DNA of 64,000 nt from Mobula hypostoma (lineage: Eukaryota), in NCBI RefSeq assembly GCF_963921235.1, contig NC_086108.1, forward strand, positions 81,654,001 to 81,718,000. The letters run 5' to 3'. This document shows, piece by piece, positions 24,983 through 36,765 of the stretch. Under the pieces are notes generated by a model. It was not told where the DNA came from. It searched no databases and saw only the letters and a program-made list of their open reading frames with translations. Position numbers and translations under genes: made by a program. How positions within the stretch are numbered: the stretch's first letter is position 1; each line of letters opens with the position of its first letter.

Positions 24983-25793
24983 TGTGACGACAAACCTAGT
25001 TATCAGAAGATTGATGCTAATGAGAAAGAGATAAGGGAGACAATGGAGGAATGTTCAAAATGTTAACGAGAGAGATAACGGAAAAGAAACACAGTTCAGA
25101 ATATTGACAGACCGGTTGCTTTGACCCTGAACTGTTTGAAGTTTGATGGACAGGCGATACCCCAGCAGGGGGATAAAAAGAACAGGTTCACTAAGGCATG
25201 ACACACACCACGAGATAACGAGACCCTGGAAGAGTGGTGTGCCCCCACAAGTTGGTACGAGTTTGGAAGTCTGATTCGAGGGAACTGACCACAGACTGAC
25301 AGGGTGAAAAGGTGCGATCGGCGGGAACCTGGTGTGTGTGTCCGCCCTTGCCAGGGTGCCGGGTTCACCGCGGAAGAACGGTCGTATCCGGAACGGAGGG
25401 GTCACAGTCAGTGACCACAGAAGACATAAAAGGGTCCGCCGGAAACCACCTGTGAACATCAAAGGTCTGCCTGAATCCAATTTGCATTTTTTTCTCTCTC
25501 TCTAACAGCACAACAGCGATTACTGCGAACTGTGCTAAACTGAACAGAACTCTGTGTCACTTGAGACTGATCATTTTACCCCTAGACTGCGATAGAGCTT
25601 GGTTGATTCCTATTACCCTAGTTCTGTGTACATGTGTGTTTTATCATTGCTAAACAGTTGCATTTATATCCTTACGATTAGAGTACTGTGTTACTTATTT
25701 CTTTAATAAAACTTTATTAGTTTCCAGTAATCCAGACTCCAACTAGCGGTCCATTTCTGCTGGTTTGGCAACCCAGTTACGGGGTACGTAACA
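24983..25793 (+). mobile_element. Solo LTR (same family, 811 bp) with 4-bp TSD AGGG
   Basis: TGTGAC...GTAACA termini, TSD at 24979-24982 and 25794-25797, AATAAA ~25705. Inserted in a CR1 3' fragment. Confidence 0.88.
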
Positions 25794-28700
25794 AGGGATA
25801 CAGACCATGTGCAGCTGATGGGATTAAGTAAATTGGCATCATATTCTGTCCAGGCAACGTGGCTGCAGCTACAGCTTCTTCCTCATCCAGTGCCCTGGAT
25901 CACCTTTTATTTTCAAGTTACTCTGCAACCTGATCTTTCAGGCTGAAAAGATGAAAACTGTAAAGGATTCCTCTACCTTACCTTGATCCAACGTTCAAGT
26001 TATTGTCATAGTCAGCCCCTTGAGTCTATGCTGAGCCATTTAAACTGCCTACTCCCATTGACCTATGACGGAATCATAGCCCTCCATACCCCTACCTTTC
26101 ACGTATCTATCCAAATGTCTCTTGAACATTGAAATCGAGATCGCGTGCACACTCTCATGACCCTCTGGGTGAATAAGTTTCTCAGGTTCCCCTTAAACTT
26201 TTCACCTTTCACCCTTAACCCAAGACCCTCCGGTTGTAGTCCCACCCAAACCCAGTGGAAAAAGCCTGCTTACTTCTATTCTATCTATAGCCTTCATAAT
26301 TTTGCAAATTTTAAAGTTGGTTCAAGTTCAACAGCCTGCAATTGTTTGCAAATCCAAAACAGAAAATATTATACTTCATTTAGACTGGTTGCCGCCCATG
26401 CAGGATTTAGGCAGCTGTCTATTGACTTTATTTCATCTGTACAGTACATGACAGGAACAACTAACTACTCTTTCCTCTTACTTTCATTGTAATTCTATAA
26501 ATTCTGGGTGTATGGCTGCAGTATACTTTGATATAGGAATTGAATATCCCATTCTGGTTATTGCTGGAAAGGCAAGCCTGCTAGTGAGCCATTGTCCTCT
26601 CTTCATAATTCATTACATTTCCAAACCCTCAATTCAAACGTGCCGTTACAAATAATTTGATCCTGAGAACTTCTACTACACCAATTAATTACCTTTAGAT
26701 TCCTAATGTGTATGTAACAGGAGTCTGTGCTCAGAATCCCAAGTTCCCAATAGCAAAAAAGATTGGAGTCACTTCAGTTGGTAGAGACTTTGCAACACCA
26801 CACCCCTGTAAGCTAGTTCAAATAGGGAATTCAGTGCTACTCATCTGTGGAGGTTAAGACACATTTATATATTTTCCATGAACCAATTGTATCTTGTGAT
26901 TTGAGGATTTAGTTATTGGAAATGTAGGCTAAAATTCCAAAGTTCTACTTCCATTATTATATTCAATGGATCCTTTGGGGGCGAATCAGATCTATTTTGA
27001 GAATAGAAGGGGAGCAAGGTGATGGGATCTGGGTGAGAGATATTGTGATAATGGCTGTAGTCTTAAAAGCAATGCATTAAAAAATGTACAACCATTGCGA
27101 TATCCAGTAAACTTTTATTCACTTATTTGTGCATATTAGAAGAAAACTGGAAATTCAAATTATATTTAACATGATAACCAAAGTTTGTTACAATTACAAA
27201 GAACAGTTGATAATATTTTTAAGATAAACATCATAATCAAAAGGCAAAAAAATGCAGATGTTGGAAATCTGAAACTAAAATTGGTGACACCAACAAATCA
27301 GTAAATATGCTAGTATCACACATACCCGGACCACATTATGCAGATTGATAACAAAATCCCAGCCGAAGTCAAAGAATTGAAGGATTGCTAACAACAGAAT
27401 CCTACTTAAACACTAAGTCACTTACATCAGTAATCTGAGTAAGGGGAAAATAATTTTAGCAAAGCACTAACATTGTAAATTTGGTATCAGACACTACTAA
27501 ATTATTGATCTTGTGTAAGTCACAAGAATGCTCTGGCTTTCCTGAAATTATTTTGACTCAGGAAGAAGTTATTCAGCACACCCAAGTATATTTCCCTTTT
27601 TTAAAAAAAGTACTTTAATCGTATTCTTTCCCCCATTGCTTTGCAAGTTATTTTTCCCCTCAAGCACATGGGAAACTCCCTTTTAAAATGCTTGATTGAG
27701 TTTGTTTCCACCGCCCATAAAGTCCCAGATCTTCAACTAAGCTGAGAGATACAGGAATGTAACGAAATATGCAAATCATCTCCTAGCTGCCAAGATTTCA
27801 GGCACAGCAGAAAAAGGCGTAAATGTACCAGAGGAGGGAACTAAACCAAATAAAAAGGTTGACAATGAAAAAGTAAAGTGTTTGAGATTAGTAAATTAGA
27901 AACAACCGCTTTCTAAATGCATTTGTAACTTATCTAAATAGCAAGAACACATCTATTCCACTTAACAAAAATGACTAAAAGCTAATTAAGTTTTATTTAC
28001 AAACATGCCATGAAAAGCCAGATGAATTGTTAAAATAAGTTGTGAGCTGAAGGAAGTGAACTGCCCGTGCCCCTCTTAGAACCGCAGTGATCTGATTTGG
28101 CTGTATTGAAGATTCACAAATCCATAAAAAAATAACAGCATAGTCTCACCAAACCTGAATTCAAAGCCTTTGGAAATGTTAATGCTCAAATTGTAGCTGG
28201 AATGAAATTAATTCAGCAACTTTTGAAGTGCAGATAAACCAAACTATTTCCATATCAGAACACAGTGTGATAATGATAAAACCAGAGTACCTTGCCTTGA
28301 AAGGAAAATAGCCAAGCTCACAGATACAGGAGTGAGAAGCAATCATTTCTCAGACCAGCAGCAAATGAACAAGATCAAGAAAAAGATGCTACAATCATAG
28401 TGGGAAGGGGTGACAATCAAATTATCAGGCGTGTTTGTTGGAAATAAGGGGGATTCAGTCCAAATTCAACAAGCTTATAATGAAACAATGACTGATCACC
28501 CATACATATAGAAATAGATTCCTTCCTCTGATCACGAGTTATCTTCAAAATCATGTACAGTTATGAACTTTACATACACATAATATTCAAAGTTAGAAGG
28601 CAGATTGCAGGGGATCTGCTGTGAAGCATGATCACCTGTACAACTTGGATCAGGCTTCTCCGAGTGATCTCCAGAATAAGCTGCATTCAGTGTCAGACAG

Positions 28701-29556
28701 AGAAATTAATGTCAATTAAAATTGTGGTTATGGTTAAAAGTGAAATTATCACAAGGTTATTATAGAGGAAAAGTCAGTGTGTGGTACTTCATTTATATCA
28801 TATAATCTTGTTCGAACCACAATGTACCGTAAAAGGGGTGTGGGACATGGAGGATTTTAGAGGGACATTTACTCTTCTGAAACACAAAGCTCACATAGAG
28901 CTAAAGTAGGCAGTCAGGAAGCTAACATAATGCTGGCTTTTATTGCAAAGCAATGCACATACAAATCTTACCAAAATTTAAAGGGCGCCATGTACTCCCC
29001 TTATTTGAAGAAATATATATATATGGAGTCAATTCAGGAATGTATGCAGGGATTGCGTTGGGAGGAAAAGTTGACAATCATTGAAGTTTAACAAAATGAG
29101 AGATGATCTTATTGAAACATACAACATTCTTAGCACAATATAGGGTAAATGCTGGTAGAATGTTGCCCTCACTGGTTAGTCTAGCAGAGGGCAAAAATCG
29201 CAGAATTAAGGGCTAACTACAAAATTGGTGAGCAAGAATTTTTCTCAAAGGGCTGAATCCCTATTGGATTGTTTGCCCAAGAAAGTTATGGAGGCTGAAT
29301 CCTTGATTATGTTCAAAGCTGCGATGGAACGGATAGTTTTTTTCTTCCCCCCTCCCCCCCCCCAAAGTTAGTAAGGCAATCGAAGTTTATGGGCGGGAAG
29401 ATGGACCTAGACACTTGAATCATCCGTTATCTTATTGAATGGCTGAGCAAACACAAGGAACCAAGTGACCTACTTTCTTTAATTTCATATGGTCTTATGT
29501 TCTAAGTGATGCTAGCAGTCTGTACAAGTCAGTTAAAAACTTTTCCTTTAAGCTTT

Positions 29557-29620
29557 TTGTGCAGTGGTCAGTCTGTAGTTACTAGTAACTAGTTTGAACC
29601 AAAGACTTCATTAAGCACAA
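29557..29620 (-). promoter_or_regulatory. SECIS element, type II, in SELENOP2 3' UTR
   Basis: Minus strand TTGTGC-TTA-ATGAA-GTCTTTGGTTC-AAA-CTAG TTA CTAG-TAACTACAGAC-TGAC-CACT-GCACAA. Helix I TTGTGC/GCACAA, UGA/GA quartet core, ~10-bp helix II, AAA bulge and apical mini-helix. Confidence 0.92.
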
Positions 29621-30294
29621 TAAAACTAGAGGAATAACTCACACTGAATAGTACACGTAAAGCCAACATCAAAATATTGATACATACTTTATCTTGCAGC
29701 ATTTCTGCCAAGGCAATGCAAATTCTCCTGCAATACTCCCCCCCCCACCACTCCCATAATGAATATTCATAGTTATGTCTGTGGATAACAAGAAATGGGA
29801 CATCCCTGTGTTCCTCTTTCTTTACAAATTACTTTATACTGGCTTAAAAGGTTAGAATCTGATTTATTCTTAGCCCCTGTTCATTCCACATAGCACTGAT
29901 TCATACCACATACATGGGATGCATGACAAAAGGCAGTATTCAGCTGAGATCACACTGGTTTTCCTATATTCAGAGGGCTATCTGGTTTGAGGCACACCTT
30001 GAAAAAAGTTGTTCAAAAGACCAGTCAACAGAGCTTAACCAAATTAGACTGCAGTCGTCGGAGATTCCCAAATATAAATTAAATTGCTTCGAGATAGTTA
30101 ATATCAAACTAGGTTTCTGAAACAAAACTTAGTACCCCGTTAGGGTCAACATTGGCATCTAAGCAGTTAAGGCCACTGAAATGAAGTTGAGTATTTTCAT
30201 AATAGGCTCCTGTTAAGATTTAGTTGGTCACATATGGCACTCATGCAGGCGATTTTCAAAAGCCTCAGTTTCAAACCCGTGATGTTAGATCGAA

Positions 30295-30327
30295 TTAATT
30301 TGGTTCTGTAGAGGGTGATGAGACCGT
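30295..30327 (-). CDS. SELENOP2: SELENOP2 putative last coding exon (TVSSPSTEPN*)
   Basis: First strong acceptor (ttcttttcttgcag) downstream of exon 3, and it lies upstream of the SECIS. Gives a 193-aa protein. Confidence 0.6.
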   Translation of the reverse strand, partial: TVSSPSTEPN

Positions 30328-30524
30328 CTGCAAGAAAAGAATATCATCAGTTTCCTGTTGACGAGGGAAAATCATTCTACTTTAGCTGCTTTATTTGCTT
30401 TTAGCTACTTCTATGACAATTATCTAGTCAGAGATGCCACAAGCACCATTTTGGAACTACTGTGATCCATCTACCACCCACCAATGTGTTCTCTCAGAGA
30501 CCAATGATTAATGCTAACAATTAC

Positions 30525-30657
30525 CTCCAGTGTGTTGTTATTGAATCTGCAGAACCCACAGATATCCCTGTTGTATGTGGCTCGAATTGCTGCTTCAACA
30601 TAGGGGAAATATGAATGGCTACGTGGTGACGTGACATGAAAGGTCAATTTACCACAT
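30525..30657 (-). CDS. SELENOP2: SELENOP2 coding exon 3
   Basis: RCGKLTFHVTSPRSHSYFPYVEAAIRATYNRDICGFC. Bounded by ttcctag and gtaatt, 133 nt. Confidence 0.92.
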
Positions 30658-30892
30658 CTAGGAAAAGAAGAGAAAATTTCAAATGTAAGGAGTCTCATTT
30701 CCATATTCAAACGACTATCATTTGTCAGACAAACTTGAATTCTCAACAACTACTGAATTCATAAAACAATAGCCAGTACCATCATAATTTTGAGCCACAT
30801 GGAGAAAGGAAAAATTGCTCCCAACCCACCTAGTCTGGTAATCTCATCTGTCTCAAATGTCCCAGGAACACAGGGGGAGCAAAAATGTAATA

Positions 30893-31645
30893 TAGTAGGT
30901 CCTGGTGAATTGGAACTTAGTGGGACCAGTACATTTATCTCAATTAAGCAGCTGCCCCAATTAGCCGAAGTTTCATGGAAGTAATTAAAAAGATATTAAA
31001 AAAATATACTGAGTAACAAATTATGTATTTAAATGAAATACGGAACAAATTAGAACACTACCAATACTTCAAAACTGTGTCTTAGTTCCTCATACTTATT
31101 GACAGATGATGTCATCGGTGTCACGTTCCTTTGAATGTAAATGAACAGAATCAGTGGAAGCACCTAGTGCAGATAATGAACTGCCTTCAGGAAGTGCTGT
31201 TGACCATTGCATCCTCCAAATCTTTACTTTCATTGTAATATTCAAGATGATCATTGATACCTTCAGATTTTTCATAGATTCTAACTTGTGTACTGAAATT
31301 GTTTCATTCACTCTCGGCCAATTCCGGCATCACCAAGCCTGAATGCCTGAAATTGTCAGTGACAAAATTCACTGCGTTTTCAACACAAGTACAGGCAATT
31401 GATGCTATTTAAAAACTGTTCACTCGAAGCATGCAGTAGTGTCCTACTGGCCACACAAGTGCACGTGACTGACGCTAGTTAGAAACTTTTCAGCAACAGT
31501 CTCCTGCCCCAATTGAGAGGCACAGTGTCCCAAATAAACAAAGTGAATCCTGGCTATCTTCTCAATTAGCTTTTGTTCTTTAAGAATTATGCCTAATAAG
31601 TGACTACCCCAAATAACCAATGGTCCAATTAACTGGAATCCACTG
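30893..31645. mobile_element. Second copy of the same Tigger-like element, in a SELENOP2 intron
   Basis: Shared internal sequence (e.g. tgcatcctccaaatcttt, gaacaaattagaacactacc) and right TIR GGAATCCACTG. Confidence 0.65.
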
Positions 31646-31929
31646 TGAGGATGAGTACTGATGCCTGATTCATGCACATCAACAAGGAGCAGATTATAAT
31701 GGCAAACAAACTCCGCATAGCTACAAGGCAAAGTATCAAAGTGCCAGAGCCCAATAACTAATGCAAAAAGTTCCTCCCATTTACCATCTTAAAATAAATA
31801 TATGACACCATCTTAAGAATTACTATACGGAAATACTTAAAGTGGAAAAATAATCTGCTTATTAACAACATATTCATTATCGTAACAAACAATGAGCTCT
31901 AAGTAAAATTAATACCCTGAAACACCAAC

Positions 31930-32142
31930 CTATCATAGACAAAGACATCATCCTTGACACCCCCCAAGATACGCCAAACATCAGGTTGAAATAGTTGTTG
32001 CTGGTAAACAGGGATATCTTTGGGAGCGCTGGATCTGAGTTTCCAATACAGGATCCTGGATTCAGATGCTTTATCGTTCACAATCATGTAATGTATGCCC
32101 GTTAGGCCCTGATGGACAAGCTTGTCACGCAATTTGCCTAAT
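31930..32142 (-). CDS. SELENOP2: SELENOP2 coding exon 2
   Basis: LGKLRDKLVHQGLTGIHYMIVN...IPVYQQ...DVWRILGGVKDDVFVYDR (SelP N-terminal domain). 213 nt, phase 2-2. Confidence 0.95.
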
Positions 32143-32965
32143 CTATCAAAGTGAAAAAAAGTACAAGCTGTCAATAACATGACTTTACAAATGTAGCATT
32201 AAGATGAAAATACGTGCAAGACGTTTCTGATTGGGCTTTTCTTTTTAAAATTGTACACAATTTGAGATCTCATGGTGCCACAGAATGATTGAAATGATTG
32301 ATGTATCATTTATTGAGTCCATCAACTTCCAAATCATTTTGTTTTTATGGGAAAGTTAAGTGATGCTATGATTTTATTACTTACTTTTCAAATCTGAAAT
32401 ATTAGAAGGCAAAAGAGAACAGGATTGCTCTTGGGACATAAACCATTTAAAAAAGGACAGAACTTAACCAGTTGCCAAACATAACCAAAGTACAAATTTG
32501 GCAATAGGTCCAAATTTCATTTTAATATACAATTTTTCAATGCATTATAAACAAATAATAAGGACAAAAATATCCAACATCAGAAGTCTTAACTGAGAAG
32601 GCTAACTAGAGGGAAAATATTGATTACGATACACCCTGCCCAAATAGTTAACATTATAAAAGTGATCAATTCATTTGAAATCTGTACTCAAGACTCAGTC
32701 CATGTATAGAGTTACTGATACCACGACTGCTAGGGTTGTCTCTGACAAAACAAGGGCCATCGTCTACAGAATGGATGAGAGTGAAGTGAAAAACAAGAGC
32801 ACTTCATTCCTCGACACTCTTGAGCTCTGCCTAACTGCTAATGGGAATGAGGGAGAATGGGACTGCAGCAAGTCTCCATACTATGATGTTGAATTGCAAC
32901 GTTTGTGTAGTACTATGGACAACATTATTCTGTGGGGTAATGTATAGATAAATTGCCACACTTAC

Positions 32966-33168
32966 ACGGCAGCCTGCTTTAGACAGAACCATCAGCTTGC
33001 TTTGAGAAGGGCCACCACGGTAATTTGTCCAGACTGTTCCTCCATTGGTATTTGACGGCCAATCTGCCAGTGAGGAGCCACCCGACAGATTCTGATGTCA
33101 TTCTGCGCTGCCGCCAGGGAGATTATTAACCCAAAAAGAATGGCAATTGAAGTTCTCTCCAGCCCCAT
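32966..33168 (-). CDS. SELENOP2: Selenoprotein P2 (SelPb) coding exon 1, with Sec UGA at 32994-32992
   Basis: Signal-peptide-like MGLERTSIAILFGLIISLAAA, then C..APHWQI...GQITVVALLKAS-U-WFCLKQA (UxxC, codon 59). Acceptor gives exon start 33187; donor gtaagt. 203 coding nt. Confidence 0.93.
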
Positions 33169-35894
33169 CAGTATCCTTCGTAGGTTCCTAAAATGTGAAT
33201 TGAGGAAATAATAACTTTTTCTAAAATTGGAAGTTAAAATGCAGTAGCAAATGTAGAAGGCTCCAATTATCATGTTTATCAGTTTTACTCTGTAAAAAAA
33301 TTATATTAAAGCCACAATGTAAATGACCTGCTGAGGAGCTGAGGGCTGAGTTTACATTGTTAAGAGTTCTTCTCTTACATGCAAAAAAAATACGAGTCGT
33401 TTGTGTGCTGAGCCAGAATTTTTTTGTTGTTTAATCAAAAAAAATGTAGTGTCTGAGACGATCTCCCACAGTTAAACTGCACCAACACTAATTTTGTTGA
33501 TAATCCTGCTCTAAGTTCGAAATTAAATCATTATCAATGTATACTACCTTGAATTTCATAATATTACAGGTGTTTACATGAAAAAAATAGCAAAACTATA
33601 CATAAATGAAGTCTGACAGACAACCAATGTGCAAAAGACTAACTGCAAGTTGTAAAAAGTCCTTGAAAGTGAGGAGGTACAGAATCCTGAAGGCACATAC
33701 TCAGCGATTCAGGAACAGCTTCTTCCCCTCTGCCATCTGATTCCTAAATGGACATTGAACCTTTGGACACTACCTCACTTGTTTAATATACAGTATTTCT
33801 GTTTTTGCATGATTTTTAAAATCTGTTCAATATACATATAATCTAATTGATTTACTTAAATTTATTATTTTTTTCTTCTATATTATGTATTGCATTGAAC
33901 TGCTGCTGCCAAGTTAACAAATTTCTCAACACATGCCGATGATAATAAACCTGATTCTGATTTCTTGTGGCAGCACTCCATATAAATGTACTTGATGATT
34001 GAGAGGACTCTGCCTGTGATGGACTGGGCTGTATCCAGCACTTTCTGTAGCTTTTTCTATTGCTGGCCATTGGTGTTTCCATTCCAGCTATGATACAACT
34101 TGTACTGGTAGACAGATAAACGACTGTGTAGCCTCAGCTGTAGCAAGGACTAGGCCTCAAGCCTCGGCTTGCCCATTGCTGCAGACCAGGTGAGAGCTAG
34201 TCTTGCGTCCTTGCTTGGCTCGGGCCTGGCCTCTCCAAACAGTGCTGCCCTCCTGTGTTTGAGCAGTGGAATGATGGGCTGGATTGCATGTGTCTGCACA
34301 CTGCCAGGAGACTGCACTGTCGATTGCTCGATATAGTCCAAGACCCTGAATGACAACATGCATGAATTCTTCCTCCCCTCGAGTGAATATGCTTCTTTGC
34401 TCACTATTTGAATTATGTTATTCGCTACTTTGAATGTCACTTTAAACGCAAACAACAGGAATTCTCGGCCTGAAACGTCGACTGCGCCTCTTCCTATAGA
34501 TGCTGTCTGGCCTGCTGCGTTCACCAGCAACTTTGATGTGTGTTGCTTGAATGTCACTTGCTATTTTGAATCCTTTGCACCAGAGGAACGCTGTCTCTTT
34601 CATCTGTATCCTTGTATAGTTTGAATGATAATTAAATTGATTTGATTTGAAAATCGCTCCAAGTAACCTAGGTATGGTATTTTAAACTATTGCCTTGGTA
34701 TGTATTCTGCAAAGCTTCTAAAACCTAGCACACATGGAGTAAATTAAGGGATTTACAATAGAGGTGTTTTTTTTAATCTGTGGATTATCACAGAATAGCC
34801 TGGAACTTCATGAATACAAAACCCCTGCTTTATGTTATGAAAGGCATTTAAGAAGAACTAAATTTGGAACACTATGAATTAGTTATGGCTGTTCTCATTT
34901 GTAATGAATAAAGGTTATCATTATCTCTAGGCAGTGTGTGTAAAAAAAACAAAGAAAGCAACTGTTGGATGCAAAACCTATGAATCACCATGATGTGCTG
35001 ACACTAACCAAACAAGGCAAACAGCCAGTATGACCCCATGGTCGTTAAATGTTGATTGAGAAAACAAAGGGTAACTTGCAGGTTGAGTCTGTGTAAGGAT
35101 GGCAATCACAGTGTTCACATTCATTTTAAAAGGACTAGAATATGAAAAGCAAGGATATAATGCCGAGGATTTACAAAACATTGGTCAGGCTGCACTTGGA
35201 GTACTGTACTATGAGCAATTTTGGGCCCCTTATGTAAGAAAGGATGTGTTAGCTTTGGAGAGGATCCAGAAGAGGTTCAGGAAAATGATCCCTGGAATGA
35301 AAGGGTTAACAGATGAAGAGTGTTTAAAGGCTCTGGACCTGCTATTTCAGTTTGGAATGAGGGAGGATTCTAAACTGAACTCTAAACTAGACCAATGAAA
35401 GGCCTAGATAGTGTGGACATGGAGAGGGTGTTTCCTATAGTGGCAGAATCTAGGACCTGAAGACAGTCTCAGAATAGAAGAAATGAGAAGGAATTTCTTT
35501 AGCCAGAAGTTGATGGATCTGTGTAATTCATTGACAAGTTGTCAGTTATATTTAAAGTGGATGTTGACAGATCCTTGATTGGTAAGGGTGTCAAAGGTTA
35601 CGAGGAGAAGGCAGGAGAATGGGGTTGAGGGGGATAATAAATCAGCTATGATTTAATGGTGGCGCAGTCTGTGACCAAATAGCTTAATTCTGTTCTTACG
35701 TCTTATGGTCTAAAATTACAAACTCTAGAAGTTGGATCGAAAATTGGCTCAAAAAAAAAATAGGTGGGTGGCTCAGCTCGTTGGACTGGAAGGTTCCGTC
35801 CTGTATCCTTAAATTAATAAATAAAACTATTTTGTGCATGAAAGCCTTCTAACACCGTAAGTCCAATCCAAAACAAAGTCATGAAATACCAACA

Positions 35895-36765
35895 TGGAGC
35901 AGCAGAGTATCTGGCATGGATCTCGAGATAGCAGATTTGCTTATGTGGAAAAAAACTGAGGAGGCCATGCCTGTATTCTGTAGAGTTTAGGTGAGGAGAG
36001 GTGTCTCATTAGCGGGGCAGCAGTATGATTGCACTGTTTATTCCAGGGACCAGCTGATTGTGCTAATGCCGGCCGGTTTAACAGACAGAGCGGCAGACGC
36101 CCCTGCTGAAATCTGGAGGAAAATACACAGAGGATGCAGAAAGGGATCACAAAGTCGAGGCAAGAGGACCGGGTCGAGACAACAGAGACTTACGGAGAAG
36201 AGGAGTTTGGTGGGTAATAAAACGGACAAGTTGACGGCGCTAGCCAGGAGTCAGAGAACATTTCGGGAGTGCAGTGTTATGTGTTTTACTGAAACGTGGC
36301 TGCACGAGGACATACCCGATCAAAACTTTTCCATAAAGGGCTTCTAGACCGTTCGGGCTGACCGCAAGTGCACTGAGAGCAGTAAGCATAAAGAAGTTGG
36401 GGGCTTGCTGTTCTAATTAACAACAAATGGTGCAATCCTGGTCATATTACAATTGAGGAACGTGTTTGTAGACCGGATATTGAACTTTTTGCTGTTGGAC
36501 TCTGGCAATATTCCACCGAGATACTACACTGGGCGTCATGGGAGGTTGTTCCTGCCTGTGGCCATCGAACTTTGCAGCTCCTCCTGTGGAGGGTCAGACA
36601 CTCTGAGCCAATAGACTGGTCCTGGACTTATTTCCATCTGGCATAGTTTGCATATTGTTGTTTGATTGTTTGTGGTTTTTGTATTGTTATATTTATGCTC
36701 TATTCTTGGTTGGTGCAGCTGTAACGAAACTCAATTTCCTTCGGGATCAATAAAGCATATCTACC
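35895..36765 (+). mobile_element. Internally deleted Rex1/Babar-like LINE
   Basis: APE endonuclease start (NKTDKL...CSVMCFTETWL) joined directly to a 3' end carrying AATAAA. Confidence 0.6.

Noticed and set aside
26382-26420. Hairpin with an AAA bulge on the minus strand, resembling a second SECIS
   Set aside because: Lacks the UGA/GA non-Watson-Crick quartet and lies ~3 kb beyond the real SECIS.
28530-28680. Acceptor-like site followed by a short open frame on the minus strand (possible extra SELENOP2 exon)
   Set aside because: No SelP similarity, the longer open frame is phase 1 while exon 3 ends in phase 0, and using it would skip the SECIS.
29845-29884. ATGA-initiated hairpin in the SELENOP2 3' UTR
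   Set aside because: No GA on the 3' side of the core, and spacing to the AAA is wrong for a SECIS.
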